Shown: one piece after another, positions 8,653 to 16,870 of the stretch | Position numbering within the stretch: the first letter of the stretch is position 1 | How the letters are laid out: each line of letters begins with the position of its first letter | DNA from: a virus | IMG/VR virus record: IMGVR_UViG_3300032288_001980 | Span: 96,001 to 160,000 of that record | Direction: 5' to 3' (one strand) | Length of the DNA: 64,000 nt | The notes under the pieces: generated by a model | What the model saw: the letters and a program-made list of their open reading frames with translations, nothing else | What the model was told of the DNA's origin: nothing | Databases searched by the model: none | Position numbers and translations under genes: made by a program

Positions 8653-9511
8653 ACATACACCTATTAACAAAGACATTGGTAGTCTAGTAGAAGCATCCTT
8701 TGATGAAATGATGCAGTTTGACGACTTTGAATTAAGAGAATTAATTTATCGACGCAAGGCTCTTGTGTTTAAAAACGTTAACGTTAGCGCCGATGAAATG
8801 GCTGCATTTAGTAAGAAGTTTGGCAAGCCATGGACTGCTGACATGTATCAAAATCATACTAAAGAACATTTCAAAGTAGCTGCCAACGAAGTAGCATATA
8901 CAGAGTACGACGACAAAAGCTATCCTAGATTATACAAAAGTCTAACATGGCACTGTGATATTGCCAATGAACGAGGATTAGAACCTTTTCCCTTTAGACT
9001 GTTATACTGTACAGACTTGCCTACTAAGATGAAAGGCGGGTCCACTGATGTTGCAGACTTAGGGATTATTCGCAGGGATTGGGATAACAAGCCGCCACAT
9101 AACATTAATTTAAAGAATTTAAATTTCTTATATAATAGTTGGCAGAAAAATTTTACAAATCAAAAATGGTATCCTGCAATTGATCGTCATCCATGGACAG
9201 GTGAAGAATTTGTTAGATATAATGCATTTGGTACTGACGGTGCTTGGATACTTAGAACTGTTATTAAAAAAGAAGACGGTGATGTATGGTTACCTAACGA
9301 GTTTATGCGTGATCTTAGTGTTGGACAAATTGAAGCTACAGACTTTCTAGAGCATAAATGGGAAGTGGGTGATGTATTAATATTTGATAACTGGGCAACA
9401 ATACACAGACGAGGAGATATGGAAATCTTGGAGGGCAGTGAAGGTCGTAGAAGTTTTATACGTATCAGCATTGACCACGAATTTGACAAGATGCCACCGT
9501 ATATACCATGA
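8642..9511 (+). CDS. TauD/TfdA-family dioxygenase
   Basis: ALVFKN, WHCD, GGSTDVAD, HKWEVGDVLIFDNWATIHRR; ATG 8642 overlaps the previous stop. Confidence 0.88.
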   Translation: MTIKHTPINKDIGSLVEASFDEMMQFDDFELRELIYRRKALVFKNVNVSADEMAAFSKKFGKPWTADMYQNHTKEHFKVAANEVAYTEYDDKSYPRLYKSLTWHCDIANERGLEPFPFRLLYCTDLPTKMKGGSTDVADLGIIRRDWDNKPPHNINLKNLNFLYNSWQKNFTNQKWYPAIDRHPWTGEEFVRYNAFGTDGAWILRTVIKKEDGDVWLPNEFMRDLSVGQIEATDFLEHKWEVGDVLIFDNWATIHRRGDMEILEGSEGRRSFIRISIDHEFDKMPPYIP

Positions 9512-10443
9512 TAGAGTACACAGAAAATAATCACTTTCACTGGACCTATGACAACGTTCCGTTTGCATTGCGTAAGAATCCTTATAGCACATTTAAAATG
9601 CACTGGGGTAAACCTAGCCGGCCGGTAGGCAACTTCAAGGACGAAAGCCTTAATGTTTGCCGTATGTTAGCAGACCGATACCCTAATCAAAAGTTTAACG
9701 TGTTCTTTAGTGGTGGTATTGACAGTGAACTTGTTCTACAAGCATTTATGTGGGCTGGACTAAAGCATCGTACAAAAGCAACTATTATTCGTTTCAAAGA
9801 CGGATACAATGATCATGATATACAATATGCCACAGATTTTTGTGTGTATCACAATGTTCCGCATACTGTTTTAGAACTAGATATAGTAGAATTTTATCGC
9901 AGTAAGGAATATATTCCACTGGGTATGAAGTATCAAAGTATCCAACTAGCACAAATACAATGCTTGTGGGCACTAGACAAGATACAAGATGATATCCCTG
10001 TATTGGGCACCGGAGAAGTATTCTTTGAAAAAATATTCAATTGGAAGTCTTGGATGGCCGACGAACCCAAACAAGAATACAATTGGGTGTATTATGTCAG
10101 GGAAAACAATGATCTTAGTGTGCCAAAATATAGTGTATTGAATCAGCGACCTGTTATCAGTGAGTTCTTTAGTTATACTCCCGAAATCATGAAAGCCTAT
10201 GTAAATGATTCTATTGTACAGGATTTATTAGCCGATAGACTTCCGGGAAAATTAAGTATTGCAAGTAGCAAGTATTCAATATATAATAAGTACTTCTTTC
10301 TCAAGCCTAGAAAAAAATATCACGGCTATGAAACACTCAAATTGTTAAACGTGCAGGCTCAACATGAAATGCTACAGTATATACCTTATAACGACCATAG
10401 GTTTGAAATGTTAGCCACAGACTTTATTAAGACGCTAGAATGA
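9508..10443 (+). CDS. PP-loop (adenine nucleotide alpha-hydrolase) protein, type A; paralog of 59392-60477
   Basis: FSGGIDSE PP-loop; shares YTENNHF, G.G(E/D), YTPE and KY.G(Y/F)E with the paralog. Confidence 0.75.
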   Translation: MIEYTENNHFHWTYDNVPFALRKNPYSTFKMHWGKPSRPVGNFKDESLNVCRMLADRYPNQKFNVFFSGGIDSELVLQAFMWAGLKHRTKATIIRFKDGYNDHDIQYATDFCVYHNVPHTVLELDIVEFYRSKEYIPLGMKYQSIQLAQIQCLWALDKIQDDIPVLGTGEVFFEKIFNWKSWMADEPKQEYNWVYYVRENNDLSVPKYSVLNQRPVISEFFSYTPEIMKAYVNDSIVQDLLADRLPGKLSIASSKYSIYNKYFFLKPRKKYHGYETLKLLNVQAQHEMLQYIPYNDHRFEMLATDFIKTLE

Positions 10444-11057
10444 AAATCGTAAAACTAGACCTAAGCTACTTTGACCAAATCAACGATATTCAGCAAGATT
10501 ACAATACTTTTGCAGGAGTTGATGTTAGTAGTGTGCCTTATTACAGGGCAGATATGGCTATGAGTCGCCATAACAATCTTGCTAATTTATATTTAGGAGA
10601 AGACAATCCACAATTTATGATGTGGGGCTATGTCGACGAAACAAATAACAATCGATTGTATGCCGCAATGACTCAGTATTTTAATCCTGATGTTAACATG
10701 TGGTATATTCAAAAAGCTATTACACGTAGAGCAGAACGTATTCCTAGTTTGGGCAACAGAAACGGCTTAGTTGAAGTAATGCAACATGCCATCGATTTTG
10801 CAGAAAAACGAGATTGTTTTCAATACATTATGGCTTATCCTAAACGCTACTATTTGGCGCACAAACGTATTTGGCCTAAATATGTCAAACAACGTCAAGA
10901 ACGGTACGACAGCGTAGTAATAAATGTAATTCCTGCTAATACACGACCACCATTTTTAGACCAATGGATGTGGTTAATGAATAGTGCATTATGGCCCACT
11001 GATTTAGTTGTTACTATGCAGTACCTACGTCCAGAATTTAGACAAGAAATTGTCTGA
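10440..11057 (+). CDS. GNAT-like hypothetical protein; paralog of 15081-15719
   Basis: MWGY-strand-strand-helix pattern; shared VIP..R and P..V motifs with the paralog. Confidence 0.5.
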   Translation: MKIVKLDLSYFDQINDIQQDYNTFAGVDVSSVPYYRADMAMSRHNNLANLYLGEDNPQFMMWGYVDETNNNRLYAAMTQYFNPDVNMWYIQKAITRRAERIPSLGNRNGLVEVMQHAIDFAEKRDCFQYIMAYPKRYYLAHKRIWPKYVKQRQERYDSVVINVIPANTRPPFLDQWMWLMNSALWPTDLVVTMQYLRPEFRQEIV

Positions 11058-11065
11058 TATAAATA
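11058..11065 (+). promoter_or_regulatory. T4 late-promoter consensus TATAAATA, 5 nt before the desaturase ATG
   Basis: Exact TATAAATA 11058-11065, then TCAAT, then ATG 11071; no Shine-Dalgarno. Confidence 0.6.
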
Positions 11066-11070
11066 TCAAT

Positions 11071-11838
11071 ATGAAAACTACTGGACACAGCATAAAACTA
11101 TTTTGGCCTGTACATATTGCAGCCTTGCTGGGCGCTATTGCCATGGCATTATGGGGTAATTTAAATTACCTTTGGTTCTGGCCTGTCGGCTGGATATTAA
11201 TTAGCGGACTAGGCAGTGCTATTGGTCTGCACAGAGTACTAAGCCACAAATGTTTGCCGGAAACAAGTAAGTTTACCAAAAGAGTTCTAACATTGCTGGG
11301 CTGTATGGCCGGGCAAGGAAGTCCTATTTTCTGGGTAGCACTACACAGGGGCTATCATCACAGTCACGCCGACACACCTCGAGATATACACAGTCCTATA
11401 CACGGTTTATTTCATTCTTACCTAAGTTGGAGTTGGAAGATTACTCCCACTGATGTTAACTTGAAATATGCTGTGGATCTATTACGTGACAAATTTCAAG
11501 TATGGGTACATACCAACTATTATAAACTAGTATGGAGTGTAATCATTGTTACAGCATTAATCAATTGGCAGTTAGCCGTTTGTTTAATTTTGTTGCCTAT
11601 GATTACAGGTATTCATCAAGAAGCTTGCATCAACATGTTCTGTCATTTAAAGAACGTTGGTTATAGGAATCACGAAATCAACGACAACAGCCATAATGTA
11701 CCTGTATTGGGTTATTTTGCTTGGGGTCAGGGTTGGCACAACAACCATCACAAACATCCTGGTAATTATAATTTTGGAGAAAAGTGGTGGGAATTTGACC
11801 CTTGTATGATTTTTTATCCTATACTCAAAAGAATTTAA
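11071..11838 (+). CDS. membrane fatty-acid desaturase (Delta9/DesC-like)
   Basis: Three His boxes HRVLSH, HRGYHH, HNNHH; GQGSPIFW; EKWWEFDP. Confidence 0.92.
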   Translation: MKTTGHSIKLFWPVHIAALLGAIAMALWGNLNYLWFWPVGWILISGLGSAIGLHRVLSHKCLPETSKFTKRVLTLLGCMAGQGSPIFWVALHRGYHHSHADTPRDIHSPIHGLFHSYLSWSWKITPTDVNLKYAVDLLRDKFQVWVHTNYYKLVWSVIIVTALINWQLAVCLILLPMITGIHQEACINMFCHLKNVGYRNHEINDNSHNVPVLGYFAWGQGWHNNHHKHPGNYNFGEKWWEFDPCMIFYPILKRI

Positions 11839-13385
11839 TGACTGTCGATATTTTAATTTTTACTGAATTTACCAGCACGACCGTATTTCAACGCCTAATA
11901 GGTGCGTATCGTATTGCCACGGAGTTGCGTAAAAATGGCTATACGGTACAGGTAGTAGATTACTTAACTGAATGGACACCCGAAGAGCTTAATCAAATTG
12001 TAGATAAATTTGTAGGTTCCAATACATTATTTGTTGGCTTTAGTAGCACTCTTTATGCTATACGAGATCAAGCACTCAGCGATAACAGTAGACCTAACCA
12101 TTATCGTAGAGAATTAAGATATACAGAAGATTTTCCATTTAGACCCGAAGTCAGTTACGCATTTATTAAACACATTAAAGAAGTCAATCCTAATACTAAA
12201 ATTGTTTTAGGTGGCCAGCGCAGTCAATACAAAAACAGTAAATTAGTAGACTGTTTTATTCACGGCTATGCGGACCACACTACTGTAGAATATGCACATT
12301 ATTTGTCGGGCAAGCCTTATGATCAATCTGTGTTAAAGATGATTCCTATCAATGATCATCAAATAGAAATAGATTGGATCAAAGATCCTGAGTGGAACTT
12401 TCAAACTAGCCAAGTACTATGGCAAGACAATGACTTAATTTACGACAATGAAGTGTTGCCCATTGAAATTAGTAGGGGTTGTATCTTTAGATGTGATTTT
12501 TGTAGCTTTCCTATGAATGGCAAAGACAAGTTTGATTATATCAAAGACAGTACACCACTTAAAGAAGAATTTATACGCAACTATGAAAAGTGGGGAATAA
12601 CGAATTATATCTTTGCTGACGACACTTACAACGACAGTATCTACAAAGTAGAAAAACTTTACAACGAAGTATTTTCGCAACTACCATTTAAAATACAATT
12701 CAGTGCATATTTGCGACACGACTTAATTCACGCTAATCGAGATATGGCGCCGCTACTAAAAGAAAGCGGACTTAAGACTTGTGTGTTTGGTTTAGAAAGT
12801 CTAAATCATAAAAGTGCATTAGCTATTGGCAAAGGCCTGCACCCAGAGAAAAGCAAAGAATTATTGCACTGGTTACGTGACGAAGCATGGGGTAAAGATA
12901 TTACAATGAGCAGTGGCTTTATTGTAGGCTTGCCACACGAAACAGAAGAAACATTTCGTGAATGGATGGAATGGGTCGAAGATGAAAACTGTCCATTGGA
13001 TGGATATACTGTTGAGCCGCTGGGCTTTAACATTAACGAAAAGAAAATTTGGCCCAGCAAGTTTGAAGCTAATCCGGAAGCCTATGGTTACAACATTATC
13101 AACAAAGGTGTTGCTAACAATAGTTTTTTCCGTTGGAGTATGTGGAGCAATCCTCATATGACGCTACCTAAAGCGTGGGCAATTGCCGATGAATATATTA
13201 TGCGAGGGTACCGAAGTGGGCGGATCAAGCCAGCTGGCTTCTTCCAGTTCATGTGGATGAATGGCACTGGTTTAACCGCCGACGATTTAGCAGGAATGAG
13301 CGTTAAAAATGTCAGTGCAGATTTTTTAAAAGACAAAAAAACTGAATGGTTTAAACTTTACAAACAAAGACTTTTTAATTTATAA
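11838..13385 (+). CDS. B12-binding-domain radical SAM protein
   Basis: GAYRIATELRKNGYTVQVVD N-terminal domain, ISRGCIFRCDFC (CxxxCxxC), DDTYN, FGLESL, FIVGLPHET; TAATG coupling. Confidence 0.9.
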   Translation: MTVDILIFTEFTSTTVFQRLIGAYRIATELRKNGYTVQVVDYLTEWTPEELNQIVDKFVGSNTLFVGFSSTLYAIRDQALSDNSRPNHYRRELRYTEDFPFRPEVSYAFIKHIKEVNPNTKIVLGGQRSQYKNSKLVDCFIHGYADHTTVEYAHYLSGKPYDQSVLKMIPINDHQIEIDWIKDPEWNFQTSQVLWQDNDLIYDNEVLPIEISRGCIFRCDFCSFPMNGKDKFDYIKDSTPLKEEFIRNYEKWGITNYIFADDTYNDSIYKVEKLYNEVFSQLPFKIQFSAYLRHDLIHANRDMAPLLKESGLKTCVFGLESLNHKSALAIGKGLHPEKSKELLHWLRDEAWGKDITMSSGFIVGLPHETEETFREWMEWVEDENCPLDGYTVEPLGFNINEKKIWPSKFEANPEAYGYNIINKGVANNSFFRWSMWSNPHMTLPKAWAIADEYIMRGYRSGRIKPAGFFQFMWMNGTGLTADDLAGMSVKNVSADFLKDKKTEWFKLYKQRLFNL

Positions 13386-13396
13386 GAGAGACAGAC

Positions 13397-14017
13397 ATGT
13401 GGGTACACATATTAACTAACAGTATGAATAGAGTGTTAGTACATGCTCAGGACAAGAAACATTTATATTTTGTTAATGAATGTTTTTTTGATACTCATGT
13501 ATACACAGGAGATCTAGACAAGAATCTCGAATCACAATTTAAATCTAACCCTAGCGACTTTATGCTTCGTGGTTCTAAAATTGTTTATAGTCCAGGTGAA
13601 AATATCGATGACTATCGTAAGTTTGTAGAATACAAATTATGGAGTTACTATGATATATTAACTAAAATAAATCTAGCTAGAGTAAAAGAAATTGAAATTT
13701 GTGCCGGGCAATCAGAAGTATACAAGATGAAATACGATCAGGCCTGCTTACTAAAAGAACACAGCTACGATGCTAAATTAGTTGGCCATAACCGAGTACA
13801 ACTAGTACTAGATTATGCAGAGTTAGATAACTGTACTGTTGAGCAAGCCGCAGATCAAATCATATTGCAATATACAATGCATTTAGAAATGATGACTAAA
13901 ACAGAATGGTTTAGAATCAAATATATGCGATTACTAAAACAAGCCAAGACTGCTGGAGAAGTAAAACAAGTTATGGATAGCTTGCACAAAGAAACATTTT
14001 TGAATATACTATTATGA
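13397..14017 (+). CDS. helical hypothetical protein; paralog of 61508-62149
   Basis: C-terminal CT.(E/D).A...(E).(F/I)R......KQA.T..EV shared with the paralog. Confidence 0.7.
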   Translation: MWVHILTNSMNRVLVHAQDKKHLYFVNECFFDTHVYTGDLDKNLESQFKSNPSDFMLRGSKIVYSPGENIDDYRKFVEYKLWSYYDILTKINLARVKEIEICAGQSEVYKMKYDQACLLKEHSYDAKLVGHNRVQLVLDYAELDNCTVEQAADQIILQYTMHLEMMTKTEWFRIKYMRLLKQAKTAGEVKQVMDSLHKETFLNILL

Positions 14018-15087
14018 GTTCGTTAATATATTATAATCAGTTAGACTTATATAAACCGCAATGGTGCTCTAAGTATCCTGAGCTAGATAAATTCAGTGTA
14101 TTCAGTAAAGCATTTAACAGTGGCATAAGCCTTGTAGACCGAACTGGAACTATAAAGATGCCGGTTAATTTAGTTAACAGACATCCTATGCCTGCGCTAC
14201 AACCAAGTGTATATACGTTTGAAGAACTTTGTTATCTAACATGGCAAAAAATTGAACTGCATATAAGAACTACTAAATTAAGACCTGTAATTATGTACAG
14301 CGGTGGAATTGACAGTACTTTAATTGTTAATTTAATGCATACATACGCCAGTAAAGAATTTAAAGAAAGATTGTTAATTATATTAAACAGCAATAGCATA
14401 CAAGAAAATCCTGTACTATACGAAACTGTAATTAAACGAAATTACAAAACAGAAAGTTCTAACAGTTTTGAAAATTATTTCAATCACTTTAATTACGTTA
14501 TTACAGGAGAGTTCGCTGACAATGTATTCGGTAGTTTAACTTTAAAATCTAGCATTGATTTTTTTGCAACCGAGGCCGTTATTACTGGCAACTACAAAGT
14601 ATTTGCATTTGATTTCTTTAACGCTAAAATAAATGATGCAGATAAAACTAATTGGTTCTTGGACCAAATGGAGCAATTGATAAAAACTTGTCCATGGGAA
14701 ATTAAAACATGGGCTGATTACTTATGGTATCAAAACTTTGCAATGAAGTGGCAGGCCGTTGAGTTTAGAATTATGAGTCATAAAAATGATTCATTAATTG
14801 TCAATGACGAATTCTTGAATAAGCATGTATGCCATTTCTGGGCTAGCGAAGAATGGCAACAGTGGAGTATAAACAATCCTGATAAGAAAATTAAAAATAC
14901 GTGGGTAAGTTATAAGTTCCCTGCTAAAGAACTTATCTATAAATTAAGCAAGGACAGTGACTATCTTGAACGCAAAACTAAATTTCCTAGCTTGCCTGGT
15001 GTATTTAGATATCGAAGAGTTAATAACTTTATTACAGATAAGTTTGAATTTGTAGATGACATTAAAATAGAGGATTATCTATGTTAA
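14014..15087 (+). CDS. asparagine-synthase-like PP-loop protein lacking a glutaminase domain, type B; paralog of 60480-61517
   Basis: MYSGGIDST, SIQENP, ITGEFADNVFG, KTKFPSL. Confidence 0.8.
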   Translation: MSSLIYYNQLDLYKPQWCSKYPELDKFSVFSKAFNSGISLVDRTGTIKMPVNLVNRHPMPALQPSVYTFEELCYLTWQKIELHIRTTKLRPVIMYSGGIDSTLIVNLMHTYASKEFKERLLIILNSNSIQENPVLYETVIKRNYKTESSNSFENYFNHFNYVITGEFADNVFGSLTLKSSIDFFATEAVITGNYKVFAFDFFNAKINDADKTNWFLDQMEQLIKTCPWEIKTWADYLWYQNFAMKWQAVEFRIMSHKNDSLIVNDEFLNKHVCHFWASEEWQQWSINNPDKKIKNTWVSYKFPAKELIYKLSKDSDYLERKTKFPSLPGVFRYRRVNNFITDKFEFVDDIKIEDYLC

Positions 15088-15719
15088 ACAATGTTGCATA
15101 TCAGTTAACTGTTGACGATTTGCCCCGCATTTTAGAAATTTATAAAACTAGAAATTCTAATTTGAAAGTTAAAATAACAACAACGTTAGATCAATATTTT
15201 CAAAAAGCATTCGAAGTTGCATGTAGTAATCGACTAGGTCATAGTGCATGGGGTTACAAAAATGACAAGGGCGAACTTATAATGTTTGCTACACGTAGTC
15301 ATTGGTCTAGTATGCCTTATGCCACTATAGGAAATGTCTTTATTGACTCTGAAAATTCTTTTTTTGGATTAAACAAAAAAGGCCTAATGACAATGAATCA
15401 GTTTTTAACTGATATTTTTTATGACAGTGCAATAAATCATCAACGGTATGTATCTTATATGGCGCGAACATATAAAGATGCTGTAGTTTCTATTAAAAGC
15501 ATTAAGCGAACAGAACAAGATAGAAACTTGATATTTAAAATGGGATTTGTTGAAATTATTCCTCCTTATAATAGAGCTAAATTTGAATTTGGTAGTAATA
15601 TATTAGGAATACTTGAAGGTAGGAATCCCGAACCTGTAATTATACGTAACTGGACTCTGGAGCCCAATCAAATACCTGCACTTGCCAGATTAAAGAATTA
15701 TGAATTTGTTATTAACTAA
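15081..15719 (+). CDS. GNAT-like hypothetical protein; paralog of 10440-11057
   Basis: LTVDDLPRILEIY start, AWGY, IIPPYNR motifs. Confidence 0.5.
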   Translation: MLNNVAYQLTVDDLPRILEIYKTRNSNLKVKITTTLDQYFQKAFEVACSNRLGHSAWGYKNDKGELIMFATRSHWSSMPYATIGNVFIDSENSFFGLNKKGLMTMNQFLTDIFYDSAINHQRYVSYMARTYKDAVVSIKSIKRTEQDRNLIFKMGFVEIIPPYNRAKFEFGSNILGILEGRNPEPVIIRNWTLEPNQIPALARLKNYEFVIN

Positions 15720-15740
15720 ATATACAACTTGGAGAATATT

Positions 15741-16049
15741 ATGAGCATTAAAATTATCACTATTATGAAGCGTCCCAGCGAAGATATTGAGTTTTTCTTT
15801 CTGAAGTACAAGGACCATCCTGTTATGACACAAATGAGAATGAATGCCATGGAGCATCCAGGATTTGTGGGCACAAAGGTAGAAATAAGCGAAGACCGGT
15901 TAACTAGTACAGTTACCATGGAGTTTACCAACGACAACGATTTAAGGTCTTTTGTTAATGCCAACGAAGAACTACTAGTTCAACGCGGTATGCTAATGGA
16001 CGAATGGGTAACTGCAAATAACTGTCAGTTTGACGTTTATATTGGTTAA
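15741..16049 (+). CDS. small hypothetical protein, possible ferredoxin-like/dimeric alpha-beta barrel fold
   Basis: GGAG RBS, TAAATA at 15717-15722; strand-helix-strand-strand-helix pattern. Confidence 0.7.
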   Translation: MSIKIITIMKRPSEDIEFFFLKYKDHPVMTQMRMNAMEHPGFVGTKVEISEDRLTSTVTMEFTNDNDLRSFVNANEELLVQRGMLMDEWVTANNCQFDVYIG

Positions 16050-16870
16050 CGTTTAAAGCCAATAATCATAAACCTATGCCAGCCTGCATAGGATATAGAG
16101 CCAGAATAAACAATGTCAATGTCATGGCATTGTTTTTCAAATTCCTCAAGAGTTTCTACACAATTAACATGATCCTGCATCTCAAACATATTATTTGTTT
16201 GAAGTAGTAATAATTTTCCTGTAGGTATCATATCTAACCATGCTTGAAAGTTGGCTACATGCTCGCATATTGTATTGACAATTGTGTCATGGACTGAATA
16301 ATCAACTGTATAGATATCATGATCGACAGCCAAGTACTTTCCTTTACTAGCTAAATCTAAATTTAAAATCATACCAGCACGATTAGCAACATCATCTATA
16401 TCGTAGCTTATAACTTTTGAATTATCATTGGCTTCTATTAATATAATTCGGGCCAGCGTTCCTATCCAGCCTCCACATAAGCATATAGTACCCAAGTCGT
16501 AAGACTTTAGTTGCTCTGCGGCCCAGATTTTACTTTGTACTTGAAACCTACTTAGGCCGTCTCGCCAGTTGACTTCGGGAAATTCTTTTATAGCTGTTTG
16601 TAAATTACTTAATAGAGTAGCATCAACTGTATGAGTCGCTAAAAATAACTCTATTAGTTTATCTACGTTATCCAAGTCATTTGCCAGTCTGTCAATAATA
16701 GCAGATGTCTTTGTTCTTATCATGTAAGGAACACTGTCAATTACTGCTTGTTTATTTTCTTCGCTGGCATGATGCACATAGTCGTAAATCATCTTAAACA
16801 ACGGTTTGTTTATTTGAACTCTTTTGTATTCATCGAGCCCGTATAATAAGTCTTTACTTTGCAGATTCAT
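16046..16870 (-). CDS. class I SAM-dependent methyltransferase-like protein
   Basis: CLCGGWIG motif I, SYDID acidic motif, IVNTICEH. Confidence 0.75.
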   Translation of the reverse strand: MNLQSKDLLYGLDEYKRVQINKPLFKMIYDYVHHASEENKQAVIDSVPYMIRTKTSAIIDRLANDLDNVDKLIELFLATHTVDATLLSNLQTAIKEFPEVNWRDGLSRFQVQSKIWAAEQLKSYDLGTICLCGGWIGTLARIILIEANDNSKVISYDIDDVANRAGMILNLDLASKGKYLAVDHDIYTVDYSVHDTIVNTICEHVANFQAWLDMIPTGKLLLLQTNNMFEMQDHVNCVETLEEFEKQCHDIDIVYSGSISYAGWHRFMIIGFKR

